DNA of 64,000 nt, taken from the NCBI GenBank assembly GCA_964035545.1, contig OZ037768.1, forward strand, positions 8,340,741-8,404,740, given 5' to 3'. Of the stretch, positions 1-13,433 are shown piece by piece. The notes beneath the pieces were generated by a model. That model saw only the letters and a program-made list of their open reading frames with translations, had not been told where the DNA came from and made no database searches. Each line of letters starts with the position of its first letter. Within the stretch, counting starts at the first letter, position 1. The stretch comes from Bugula neritina (taxonomy: Eukaryota > Animalia > Bryozoa). The position numbers and the translations under genes are program-made.

Positions 1-91
1 GTGTGTATTTTACCAAATCTTTTCACAATGTTTAGATTTAACTGTTGATTTACATTCAATTGTAGTTGAGGTACCAAATCAATGTATTGAA

Positions 92-3000
92 ATGAAATGC
101 AAAGACAGGACTTTGATCAACGTCATTTTTCTTTCAAGTTTTTTACTTTTGACTCTGGTGTGTGTTCACTGTTCAACTCACGAAGTGTCTACAGTCCACC
201 CTGTAAAAGACAATTTGTACAACACAAGAGCCAAGAGCTTGGAAAATGCTAATCACCAGAATTCCTTGGGTAATATGTTGGCCGAGAAATTGTAAAGCAG
301 TAAATATTATTTGCTATCATGCAGTCTTTTTGTAGCAGTATTACATGACATAGACAGAGTATCAATATATCTTTATATTTTAATAATTTTAGAATATAAA
401 AGTTTTAGTTATGACTCATACAAAGGAGATGACTCTAAGCTCATCATACGGAATAAAAGAGATATCACAACTGAAAGCAATTTGAACACTACATCTTTGG
501 CAACAACTCAAGCTCAGCCAAGCACCACTACTACTAACAGCTCAACAACTGCTTCAATTTCAACTCCAACATCTGATCCCATCCAAACTACAGAAATCTA
601 TACAAATACAACTAACTCTAGCACTAATTCTTTGACGACATCAACTTCTCTAAATTTAACCACAACAGAAAACTCATCCGAGTCTACCACTTCGCCGGGT
701 TCTAATATCACCAACACAACAGAAGTTCATGTAAGGGGTTATTATTTTAGATAGGAATTTTTTATTTTGGCTAGTAAAATTGTGCTACAATATTTAAATA
801 TTATGTTTCATTAACGCACATGCACTTCAGCTGCCTTTTTGTTCAATATTTTCACCTATTTTATATGTGACTTCAAATCTTCCACTTGTTTGCACTGCCA
901 ACTCTTCGCAGGAACTTCTTTTTTCTGCTGCCACCATTCCATTATCCTTTTCCCAAATGCTTTTTGTCTTTTCACTACTGACTTGCTTTCTAATAATAGT
1001 ATTAGTGACTTTTTAATTTCTCTACATTGAATTATTTCTGAATTTGCTTTTTCCAAGTTGTCACTTTGTCCTTCTCAATGATAATATCCCTGTCCTTATT
1101 AACTATTTTGAAGTTATTTTGACAGTTTGCACTCCAAACTTTAGTCCTAGTATTCCAACACTTCTACAGGCTGTTCTTTTTATTATTATCAGCAGCCTGT
1201 TCTTGCAGCTTAAGTCTTCCACTTCATTTAATTTGTTTGTGCAGTCTTTTACTTCCTCCTTTCTACTATTACTGTAGCCTCAAGCTTTAAGCTGCTCCCA
1301 GTTCCCTACCTGTCACTGTTTGGGAATGCATGTAGTCACTAATAGAGTTGTTTGAGTTCTCCTATTATTGAATATATGCTTATTGAAAGCTTTTGTTTGC
1401 TGTGAGTGACCTCAAGGACTGTGATGTTATGTAGGTATTGGTTAATTCAGCATGTATTTCACAAAATTGCCAGCAACACTTCCCTTTCTACTCATGATAA
1501 AGCAGAGAGTTTCACTGGCACAGGCTTTCGGCTGACAAAAGAATTTATGTCTTTAGAAGTTATCTACCTGCATATGACTAATTGCTAGCAATTCGTTCAG
1601 AAAACTAGGAAGGGGTTTGTGACTTGGTTCAGATGTGTTCAAGAGAGTTTCATCAATGGAAGAATGAGGAAATGCACTTGACTTCATCTGCCAATTCTAC
1701 CATTTCCTTTTTCAACTTGAAGTGTTTTCTTTGTCCATCAACATAAACCTTGATACTGCACAGCATTTTCTACTGAAGTATCTTATTTTTTCGCCTGTCT
1801 TTTCATATCTGTTTCCACTAATTATTGGATATCTTCTTAGAGATAATCTTCTACCAACAGCATACATCTAAACTCGGCTGCTATTTTCTGTCAATTCATC
1901 CATTATGGAAGAAAACAAATAAAAACAGATGTCTAGGCTCTGGTGCTTCTTTCTACTCATACTAAACTTCCTAGACTTTCCAGTTGCAAATTTTGCTGCT
2001 GCTCTTGCGTTGCTCAGCTGTATAATTGTTTTATAACACTTTAACATACTAGTCATACAAATATAACCTTTCCGTGTTCTTTCCCAATTGTCAATCAAAA
2101 ATCTCTCCTATATCTGTGGTAGCATATTTTGTTAATCATTTACACTTATGCTTTAGCATTCTCATCCTATCATTACATTATATCTTCTTGCCTATCATGG
2201 ATTCAAATCGTTGAGTTTCAATCCTTACATCTAGAGTTAGGTGGGCTGTGTATTTTGTTCATCACTAAATTAAAACCACACCATTTTACAAGCCAAATAT
2301 TCACATATTTAACTTTTACACTGAACTTTATTAAATCATTTTCATTCAATTTAAAAAAATTGTGTTTTATATTCAGTCATGTGTTTCATTTTTTATGAAC
2401 TTGTCCAATGACAGTATATAATCAAAAATAATGAGTTTTTTTAGAATTTGTATAAACCTGTAAAATCAATTTTTCTGTGTTGCAAATAACAATCTGTAAC
2501 AGGCTCATAACTGCAATCAAAACTTCAAAATCATCTGTTAGTATGTAGTTGAAAGATTATTGAGATTATAGTAGTTGATGTATCCCTTAGGATGACCGGC
2601 AATACTATACTGTGAGGTATGTGGAGGACGAAGCTGAAGCTCAAGAATATTGGCGGGAGATGAACAGCTCAGTGAAGCAGACACACGTAGCTTTGGATGG
2701 CCATCGCGTTGCCCTGGTATGTTTTCACCAGCATGGATGCCAATCGTTGACAATTTTGCTGACTTACTTCAAAAAGCTTACTTTTAATAAAAAAAAACTA
2801 GTATATCTAGTATTAAATATGTTGATAGCGTGTCAAAGAATTTTTTATACCAAGATTCAGTTCCTCTGGAAATTTCACTTTCAAGTATAGGTTTTACGTA
2901 TAGCTTTTCAGTTGATGTGGTAGTGAAATAAATGCAGAGCTGCACCACACTGTTTGGTAATCAACTTCTGTAAGGATTCAAGCTTCACCGATGTGGCATA

Positions 3001-6000
3001 TTATTTTCTGGGTCTTTCAACTGAAGTTATATGATTTTTTAAATTATCTTATTTTGTAGCATTAGCTTAGTACATAAGCTAGAAGGTATTAGCTTTAGGG
3101 TAACCATTTTCTCATAAACTTACAAAACTCTCTCTCTTTTATACCCAGCTATCTGTACTCTCCCCCCCCCTCTCTCTCTCTCTCTGTTGGAAATATACAT
3201 TGTGGCACTAGAAATTTCTCAGACTCTTTCTTAGTTTTAAGAGTTTTGATGTTTAATCAATAGTATGTTAAATTCCTACAACAAAATTTGTTTGATTTAC
3301 CCATAATTATGTCAGCAAATGTTACAGGAAGGGAAATTTTTAGTTTCTATGGCAATATAATTATGCACACACAATCTTCAACATCTTTTAGGTTTTGCAT
3401 GCTCACCGATATATTTGATGGCCGTCAGAAGGTAAAACCCAAAAGTAATTTTGTTCAACAATAGGTTGATTTATGTCAATGTTTCCAAAGATGAAGCAAG
3501 ATTAAAGAATTCTGCCTCTTACTGTTGAATTCATCTCTGCAATCTGTAGGGCCTGGTAGTTATTAGAATCAATGAAGTTGTTAAAGGTAGAATGTCAGTT
3601 TTTTTGTTTCAATGTGAAAAGGAGAAGATAGAAAAATTCAATTTCTGTTTAAATTCATAAACAGTAAAAGAGGAAATTGTTTACAAAGTTAGAATAGCAA
3701 TATGGGTAATATTTAATAGTTCATCATTAATCATGTTCATAGTTAACAGTCAAAGGTATGCGTCATATATTTGAGTATATAAAAATATGTTTTCATGTTT
3801 TAACAAATTTCTTCAAACATAAACACTACTTGGTTTAGTAGGATCCATGTCTTCAGGTAGTCAGAGTCTGATATGGAGTCTGTCCTATAAGCAGTTTTAT
3901 TAGGTTCATCATAAACATCATTGTGCATGAACAAGGAAACTAACACATTCAATAAGTGTCAATTCATCAGTGTAACACATAATGTGATGAAAGTTGCTGA
4001 GCAGATAATCTCATAGTTGAGACTCAGCAAATTATGTTAAAAACAAGTTGCTATTGTTGAGTGCCACACATTTAACTCATGGAGTAAAATAAACTACTGC
4101 TAAAGGTCTTCTTCCATCCAACACTTTACGTCATGTGGGTACCTAGAATGACCAGAGGTGCATTAAGAAATTAGGTTTAAGAATAGAGGGGAGGAAAAGT
4201 GTCCTATCATTTGTCAATGAATATGCATCAAATGAAATTATATGGTACTTCTTGAAATTTTAGTCCTTTTAAGCTAAAGAAAAAAATATATGTTAAAATC
4301 AGTAAAATTTCAAATTCTCCAATCGTAGAAAAAGTGCTAAATGGACCTTCAAAATTAGCATTTGCAAGACGTGATGCCCAATAAAGTTTTGCAAATGTTG
4401 ACAGCAAGCTGGTTATTAGGAACTATTAGTTCTCTCAAAAGTTAGTTAGTATATATCATCTGTTATCACTTTTATTCATAGATCTGTCTTGTCCTGTCAT
4501 TCATAAGCGAAATTATTGAAAACTCAAACAATACATAACTTTGTACAGGGAGGGAGCTATTATTCAATAAAACCTTAGCTGATTCTCTCTGCATGTTTCA
4601 TGTTTTTCTTACACCACAATTCATTTATACTCTCTAACCATTGAATTCTTTTAATATTTTACCAACCTGATCCATGATTGTTACCTTGAAGAATTGATTG
4701 GTGGTAGGAAGCTATATGCTCATTAATCTTGCTCTTTGCTCTTCCATTCTGAATGATTGTGTTTATCTGAACATCATGCTTGTGAATGCCATGTAATACA
4801 TTTCAGTTTTGAGTTGTTATATATTTTAAGTCTAGGTGGTAAGCAACAACTTTGATAAAATTATTTTCAGTTGGTATAAGAAGATTAATCAGTGACTGTT
4901 GCTGGAATAAATGCAGTGCAGAGTTTTAGAACATTTATTTTCATTTGGTTATCATATTTCTAATTATTTAGCTAAAAATACTTTACGTGTATATATTTTC
5001 TGTAGCTGATATGGTATTTTATATCAACAAAGCTTCTCAATGATATATATAGTGCTAAAGTCACCCTAACTAGTAGCATGTATTTATTTATTATGCTATG
5101 AAACATACTGTGAGTAAGTATATTCTAATAAATCTTATAGCCATTAAAATTTGCCCCAACACCCTGTGTTATTTAGCCTGAGTATCTTAAAAAGCGTTTT
5201 GAGCATTTTTTGTTGACTAGTTTTGTTACACTGCTAAAACTATGTATATGCATGTGTAAATATTATCACCCTGTGATGTGAAATAACCCAACACTATCAC
5301 AATATTTGTGTACATGAGGATTTCATATTTAATCAATAATTTCATTTGCATGTCAAGGTCTATATGTATGCATATATTTGTAGCAACTTCTTCTACCTTG
5401 GAAATTCAAGTTTTATGGGCATGATGTTGACAAAATTACAGTAGCAGTTGGAGGTAGGTTCTAGGCTAATAATTTCAACTGCACGTTTCTACTTTTCATA
5501 GTTTCCGTTTTCGTGGTTCACCAGGTAAGTTGAGCACTCTTCCGCTCGGTGATGGTCTACTGCTGTTTTTTGTACTTTATCATCTTTTGTGAAACTCATT
5601 GTTCTGTGTACATCAAACCGGCTGGCTTCATGATTGATCATAGCAGCAAGTATGTATCAACGTTGTAGGTTTCCTGTACATGAGTCCATACCTACACAGA
5701 TATCTCACTGCAACTCAGTATGTTGCTCCCCTTATGGCTAACTTTGATGCTACGGCCGGTCAGGGGGAAACTGATGTCTTCTTTGCTAATCTTCGTAAGT
5801 TGAATTTTGTATGCAAGTAAATTTAGTAACAGTATAAAGTAAAGCTCTATAAGAGTAAATAAAAACAGTCGAGCTTTATATTCGAGTGAATTTAACAACA
5901 GTGAAGGAGTGGGAATAAATTTAGTAACAGCAAATAAAACAGGGGTGAATGATAACAGAATTTCTTGGGAGAAGCATGTATTTCATGTTGTAATGGTCAT

Positions 6001-6792
6001 AAATCTATACAGTTTTATATGGAAATTGGCTTATTTTGTACTATTAAATTTCTGCAGATGATGCATTAATAATCGAGTGGCAGAATATGCATTTGAATGA
6101 TCAGGAAGATGGTAAGTTTATATACTGGTTAATATTACTACTTGTATTACTATGTTATGTTTCACAAGTGTTGGCTGTGCACGTAGAAGGTTGTTAGATA
6201 TCTGGACTCATGTTCACTGTATGCTTAGTTTAATGACTTCCAACTGTTAATTAAGTCTATTTTAATGTTCTCTGGTCAAAGCAAGATGTTATTTCAAACA
6301 AAAAACAGTTATTTGTTGGCTCTCAAGTAAGTCAATTTTTAGATTTTGCGTTTGAACTGATAAAAGCAATTTTATTTTCATCATGTCACATTACAACTTG
6401 ACAACCCGGAAATAATATGTTTTAAAAGAGTTTATGCTTCGATGCAATAATTCTTATTGTGCGTTATAATTAGTAAGAATAAAATTTAGCTTTAGCTGAA
6501 ATTGGAAAATAAATTTTTTGAGGGGAGAAATAGTTTTAATAATTGAATTTTGCCTTTAATTTTGTGTAACTTGACAACTAAGGTTTTAGCCATCATTTAA
6601 ATCTCTGGAAAACGAACTTTGTTGGAGTAGTCACATAAATTTCCTAACTTCATGTTTTTGTGCTTAAAAAATTAAAACTGAACACTGCGAGTGGTGAACA
6701 GTTGAAAAGAGATCTCCATAAATGTTTGAATTTCTACAGTTAGCAGTGTTATCAGTTGTGGGTAATCAAAGTCCGCGGTATATGTCCCTCCA

Positions 6793-6880
<88 letters not shown>

Positions 6881-9800
6881 TCATATTTCTAGATGAAAAA
6901 ATTCATAACCTTCTATCGGTTATGCTGATGATCATATAGCTCTTAGTAGTCTCCCTCGCTCAATCTACATACAATCTATTTACTAAACTATGTAGTATGT
7001 ATAAAGTGTGTTGAGATCTTGTATAAGTCTTGTTTGCAAAATTTTAGCCGGTGGATTTTCATTTCAAGCCCAACTTTACAAGAGCACTGGACAGATCATC
7101 TTTGCATATAAAAATGTAAGATACCTTTTATTATTCTGTAGGAGCTCATTGTAGGCCTGAATATTCATAGTTTTACTTACATAGTTTGTGAAGTTGTTGC
7201 TTTAATTGTACTAATGTGTATCGGCCACTTCAAAGTAGCTTTTCTGGCTGCACATTGAAATTAATTGATAGAATGTTCTGTAGTGTATATAAATATTTGA
7301 TGCCGATTTCTAGGTACCAATTCCGGTGGGAAATATTTCAGACATTGGTCATTCAGTTAAAGTCGGCATTGCTGATGCATTTTACGTTGATTTTGGTAAG
7401 TTATTGTAAATCGACAGTGACATTGTTACTTGTTTATACTTTAGACTATATAGGGTACACAGGTACAGGCTACATACATTATTAAGGCATAGAGTGTAAT
7501 TTTAGTTTTCAATTTAGAATTATTTATTGTGTGACACTGCACAACTTGTAAAGAAATGAATAATCAAGTTTATTGATCTCCTGAAAGTTCATTTGAGTTC
7601 ATTTAAAAGAAGATTTTTCAGATGTACATGAATGTTGTTACTATTGTAGGACCTTTCCGGAGTATATATGACTATCACACAATAAAGATTGACTTTGGAA
7701 AAGTTAAATCAGATTCTGCCATCATACTAAATCATAAAACTAGTGAGTGCACAGCCTCAGTGCTTTCTCTTCTCTTGAAACAAATATATTATATTTGAAT
7801 GCTCAAACCTTCTTAGGAGTTGTAAGCCCTGTATAATGAAATTAGTTAGAATATATTTGTATATATTTGTACACTGCGGTGTAATATATGATTTTTATTA
7901 GTTCGTTATATAATATTTTAGCTTGCAACATGCTAGAAGATTGCTCGTCGTGTCATGCAGCTAATCTACCAGACTTCGAGTGTCACTGGTGTGACACTTT
8001 GGGCAGGTGCTCTGATTCTCTAGACAGGGGGAGACAAGAATGGGTGACCAATTCTTGTCCTGTTGAGGTAAGATATACAGTTTCACCTGCCAGCATATTT
8101 ATCTTACCTGCCATCAAGTCTGCAATTATTAACTTGTTATATAATTGTTTTCTTTGACTCATTCGTCTGTTTTTGTGGAAGAGTTTGCGGCTGTTTCGCC
8201 ATGTTATGTTTGTGTGTTTAATTTTGTTTGACTTTGGTTTAGTCTGTAGACAGGGAGCAATGTGCCTCAACAACACCAACATCTGCAAGTACTTCTGAAA
8301 CCACAATTAGCAAAATATTTAATTCCAGTACTTCTTCTATCACACTTACTGCATCAAAATCATCTTCTCTTGTAAGTAGTACTAGTAGTCCTTCTACTAT
8401 CTCGCTCACTTCTCATAATAGCTCGTTGCATGGGAATGCCACTATAGCCGGTTTTACTACTGAATCCTCAGAGAGTATGAACACGACATTTAACAGTACA
8501 AATGTAAATGTAACTGAGTCAAATACTATTTCTATTATCACTACTAGTACCTTTACCCCTCCTAATACTACTGCTACTAATACTTCTACTGGCACCATAA
8601 CTACTCCTAGTACTACAATTGTTGCTAATACAACTTCTGAACTACCTACTAGCACTCATCTACCTGCTACAGTTACTGCTAATGCGACTACTACTATTAC
8701 TAACACTACTGCTAATATGACTACAACTAATACAACTACTACCATCACTGACACTTCTGGTAATACGACTACTACTATTGACATTACTGCTAATACCACT
8801 ACTACCATCGCTAACACTAATGCCAATGTGACTACTGCCATTACTGAAACTACTGCTAATACCACTACTGCCATCACTGACACTACTGGTTATATGACTA
8901 CTACCATCACTGACCCTACTGGTAATACGACTACTGCCATCACTGACCCTACTGCTAATACGACTACTACCATCACTGACCCTACAACTCAGAAGCATAC
9001 ATCTGTTTCCCTTTCCTCAAAAACGCATTCCACGAGCATGCCCAGTTCAAGTAGTGAAAGAGAACAGAAGTCTACAACTGCCACCCTACCAACTAGACAA
9101 GATGTGGGTTCTACCACAGACAATGTAACTTCTGCTGAAGTCATGGTAATCTTGGAAAGGATGTATACAGCTATATTGTGTTGAGAGTGCTTCTGTTTTA
9201 ACATCCACTATCCTCTTCACCATTCACATTGTCATTCGTTCCTTTCTAGCTCAGCGGGTGTTGCTCTCCTATTGAGTTTATATAGTTTGATAGATATAAT
9301 ATATAGAGATGGTGTGCTTTGTAGACGATTTCGTAGATGTTTAATATATTTTTATAGATTTACTGTGCTTAGCTTGTTGCTTTCTTTTTCATCATTCTTA
9401 TTGTAATTATACTAATGCTTCAATAACCTGTTCACTGGCATGCAGCTACTAATAACCAAATTGTGCTTAATATTAGCAAACATATTTTTTCTAGCGAAAG
9501 TAATTCTTATGTTCTAAATAATATGAATGAATCTTTCTGGAGAAATATATTTTTTGGGGACATTATATAATTACAACATTTCAATCTTTCCATGACTGTC
9601 ACATCATACTTTTATATTTACAGAACGTAAGTGTAACCACCACTCAACCTCCCTGTGCCTCTGCTTTTAATGTAAGTTTAGTTTTATATGCGTTGACCAA
9701 ACAACGTAACTTAGATCACAAGGTAGGTATATCAGGGTTGTGATGCATGTTTCTTTTAGTTGACGACGTTTCATTTATGTTCAGTTGTATTTAAGATTTA

Positions 9801-11822
9801 TACAATAGGTTATATTACTACGAAACCAAGTTTCTGTAGTTATTTTTTATGTTAGAGTTTTAACCTTTATGTTCAAAAAGTTATTACTGGAGCTTTTTCC
9901 AATGTAATTGATATTTTTATTAAATGAAACAATGCCAATTTGGTTCCAGAAGCTATTGTTAGAGACTTTGTAAAACAATCGAAAATTATGTTAGTTTATA
10001 GTTGCGAATGGTTGCAATTAAAAATTATCCATCATTCCCTGCACCCACAAGCAATTTGTTTGCTTTTTCACGTTTGCTTATTTATTCTTGTATTTTGTTG
10101 TCTGATTACTTGGCAACATCACATAAGTTGTAATCTTATACTATAATAAGTGTTTGGTTTACTCAAGTTTTTTAATATAAAATCATCAAATTACTACTTG
10201 CATTTAGTCACAGGTATTTTTATAGTAATATCTAGCATTTATTACTTGCTTCTTTACTAACTTAATACCTAGTATGTTGCTAATAAGACTAAAAAGGCAC
10301 TATGTTTGCTGCATTTTTAAATTGCATGAAATATTGTGGAGTTTTGCATCAGCACGTACCAATGTTTTATCTTTCAGACCAGCACATCAGATTGTGGGGA
10401 TCAAGTGCCTAGTAAACAGACCCAAAACAAACAAAGTAAGTTTTTCTGGCTGTAAATATTTGGGAATTTATCGATATTCTTTGTAAAAATGTGACAGTAG
10501 TTCTTAGCTCTAGCAATGGGTTTCTTCCATGGTTAAATAGTAGGCAGAAGTGTTATGAATAGAAGTTTTCATACACTATCATTTGCGAGGTAGGTGCAGT
10601 AATGAAAAAATTGAGAGAAGCCTGGGTTCTAAATTAGAAATGTAGCATAAGAAGCTATGTTCTCACAAGAATGTCAACCCATGCCCCAAAACAAAATTTA
10701 ACAATAAAATTAAGAACTTAGGCTATCTCAATTTCTCCACTACTGCTCCTAAATGTCATATGCAATTTTCTCCTAGTTTACTGTATGTACGTGTGTACTG
10801 TGCAAAAAGCCTAACCAAGAAATAGCATGTGATAACAGACACATTGCAATACTAATACTAAAAGGTTACATTATTACTGCATTTTACTCATTGTTTCTAT
10901 ATGGTCATCTGTTTAATCAAAGAATAATATTTTTTTAAAATATTATTTTAAGGTATTGAGCAGTGGGAATTTGCTCATACTAGACTAAGCATGCAGATTG
11001 ATAATCTACAATAAGATATGAATTTAGATTTGAATTCTTAATTGTTTATTAATGCTGATCACAGAGCTAATTGAGAGTTAACGACTACTGTTGTCATCAA
11101 ATTGATATGCTTATATGTGACAACAATAATAACTTATCTCGTCACAATACAGAAGTAGTTTATCAGTGCCTACTTTGTTTCACAAACTGACAGATATTCT
11201 CAAAACTTTGTTCAAAAATTAACTAACAAATGATAATAATTTGCTTTTTAATTGAAAATCTCAAAGGAAAAATGTAGCTTTTACTAATATGAATTAAAAT
11301 AATGAAAAATACAAAGCAGGTCTTGTAGTATTTTCCATAGCAAATTTTAGATTAAATTATTTCTCTATTCAACAGAAGACCAAAAAGAATCTTCCCACTT
11401 GGTGGCCCAGATTATCACTCCCATAATTTGTTTACTCATCATATCGGCTCTTGTCTTTCTGATTGTTTATGGCTACAAAAACCCAACCAGTGTGGTTGGA
11501 CAATTCCTCATCAAGGTCAGTGCAAAAACAGGATTACTAAATATTGTCTAAATTAATGCTACTAAAACCTTGGCCACTTTGCTTAGGTTCTATAGACTCG
11601 GCTATGTATAATATGTTCTCTGTGTGTTTATAAGTATGAATAACACTGTCAGCAGTAAGTATTTTTTATTACATGTGTGTCTATAGTATGTTTTTGTTCC
11701 TGCAGTATCGGCCAAGTCAATTGCGCAGGATGTGGAAGTCTAGGGGAAGCAGAGAAGACAACTACAGACTCTCAAGCAGATCACAGACTCTGACGAATGC
11801 AGCGTATGACGACCGCCTATAA
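92..11822 (+). CDS. PLXDC: Plexin domain-containing protein (PLXDC1/2-like), type I membrane protein, ~848 aa, 15 coding exons
   Basis: Exons: 92-269, 393-730, 2591-2716, 5384-5453, 5669-5794, 6058-6111, 7048-7115, 7314-7395, 7650-7742, 7922-8067, 8243-9145, 9624-9671, 10378-10435, 11376-11515, 11706-11822. All introns GT-AG and the frame is continuous. Contains a signal peptide, a NIDO-like region (LPWKFKFYGH, GFLYMS..LTATQYVAPLMANFD, FSFQAQLYKSTGQIIFAYK, VKVGIADAF), a PSI domain (CSSCH..CHWCDTLGRCSDSLDRGRQEWVTNSC), and a TM helix followed by YGYKNPTSVVGQFLIKYRPS, typical of the family. Confidence 0.9.
850..2400 (-). mobile_element. Probable highly decayed non-LTR retrotransposon fragment (possibly R4/Dong-like) in PLXDC intron 2
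   Basis: Broken minus-strand frames give remnants (AFPHSSIDETL, SLKLEATVIV, RDIIIEKDK) in the order expected for RT, Cys-knuckle and restriction-like endonuclease regions. Many stops and frameshifts; boundaries approximate; judged by eye only. Confidence 0.35.
6795..6877. repeat. (TA)n microsatellite
   Basis: Perfect TA run. Confidence 0.98.
8650..8990 (+). repeat. Coding 33-bp (11-aa) Thr-rich tandem repeat in the PLXDC mucin exon
   Basis: Units such as TTAITDPTANT / TTTITDTSGNT (actactgccatcactgaccctactgctaatacg) repeated about 9-10 times. Confidence 0.85.
10588..10778. mobile_element. MITE-like dispersed repeat, copy 1
   Basis: Imperfect inverted arms (taggtgcagtaatgaaaaaattgagagaagcct ... 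aggctatctcaatttctccactactgctccta); clearly homologous to 55050-55250. Confidence 0.65.
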
Positions 11823-13433
11823 GTGTTCACTATTATACATCATTGTTATCTTTTGCATACCATATCACGCAATCTGGAAATATTTTCATTATTGTTCATT
11901 TCATTCTAAAACGTGAAATTTATTTGTCCTAAGCTCAGAATTTATGCAATATATCTGTATTTTGTTTAGAATTTATTTTTCTCTATATTTATTTTACAAG
12001 ATAAGTTGCAGCATCATAAATGCTACCTTTTATTTTTTGTCAATGTTTCTGTTAATAGTTTAATGTTTTAATTTATTTATTAAAGAAATAAGTTAGAAAT
12101 GCTTTATTTGTTTTATAGCTGGTTTTGCTATTACTTAGAGGAAAATATTCATATACTTATGCTGCAATCGCATACTGGTTTTTATGCATTAAAAATGGTG
12201 AAAGTAAATAAATACATATATTTTTTTAGAGATCTAAATGCTGTATTTTTCTCTAGCGTGTTCTAAAATAGCTCAGCCTAATATTGTAGATGTGTACTTA
12301 CTTCCTTTAAACATTTCAGTCTTAGATATTAGTATTTAAGTATTGCCCAGGAAATATATATCTGTTAGTAATAATTTTTCAGCAGCTAACAAATTATTAA
12401 ATTGATAGGTTAATAAAAGTATGTGTACAATGCAAGAAAAGTTATTTAAAAATAAAGGTACAAAAGCTAACATTAAATTTAATCATTGAAATCTCAGCTA
12501 GTGTGCAAGTTGCATGTTCTCGATGTCTAAATATAAATTAATAGAATACTATTTGAGTTGCTTGCTAGCCTTTCAATTTGGCTAAACAAATTATTTGTCA
12601 ATTGAGTTTTGAGTTATCTCCGAGGCTGTAAAGTATAATAACAGGTTTGACAAATTTAGAAATACAAACTTATATTGCAAATTATTGTTGCATAAAAGTT
12701 TAAAATAGCGTATCCAAAGTTTTGGCATGGTTATGTCAGTATTAGATAAATATAATATATCCTGTCATGTAATCAACTAGTACAGGTTTATATATGAAAG
12801 TTGTCTTTTCAATTCCAAAACTTTAGTACTAACGACGATCAGTCAGGGCGCTTCGATTGTCGATAATTATTTTAAATGCGTAATTTATGATTAAATTTAT
12901 TTTTTTAAATCAAACATTTTAAATGAAATATAAAAATAGTTTATTATCTACTAATAAATATCACGACTCTTTCTTTTGGGGTTGTTTTGCCGTTATAAAA
13001 TGACAAACTCCTGTATCTGTTGGGGAATCTTGAATTTGAGTTTAGTGTGCATCAACATTGTTATTGGTATTGGTATTGACAATTTAGTAAGGTATTAGTA
13101 TTAGCCAAATGGTGGAAACGTTTGAATTAGCTTCAAATGTGTATATGGTCATTATGTAGTCTGTGATTAATTGAAATACTGTAAAACTAAATGAAGTTAA
13201 TGTAATTGCCTATGCTGTAAGACTAACAGTAACTCTAAGGTCTAAGAGTAAGAGTAAGTGTAACCGCAAGACTAATTCTAAGAGTACCTAAGTGTAACAC
13301 TAACGTCTAACAGTAACTGTAAGACTAAGGAAGTGTATGCATAATTAGTAATTATAAAACTTATAATTATATGAATATCAATTGCCATTTGTAATTGTTG
13401 CTCTTATTCATCTATAGAACAATCATTGTGAAA

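Noticed and set aside
3400-4480. Possible decayed transposase in PLXDC intron 3
   Set aside because: Coding-like texture, but no motif I can identify with confidence.
8413-9204. Val-rich minus-strand ORFs that look like TM proteins
   Set aside because: Antisense shadows of the Thr-rich PLXDC mucin exon.
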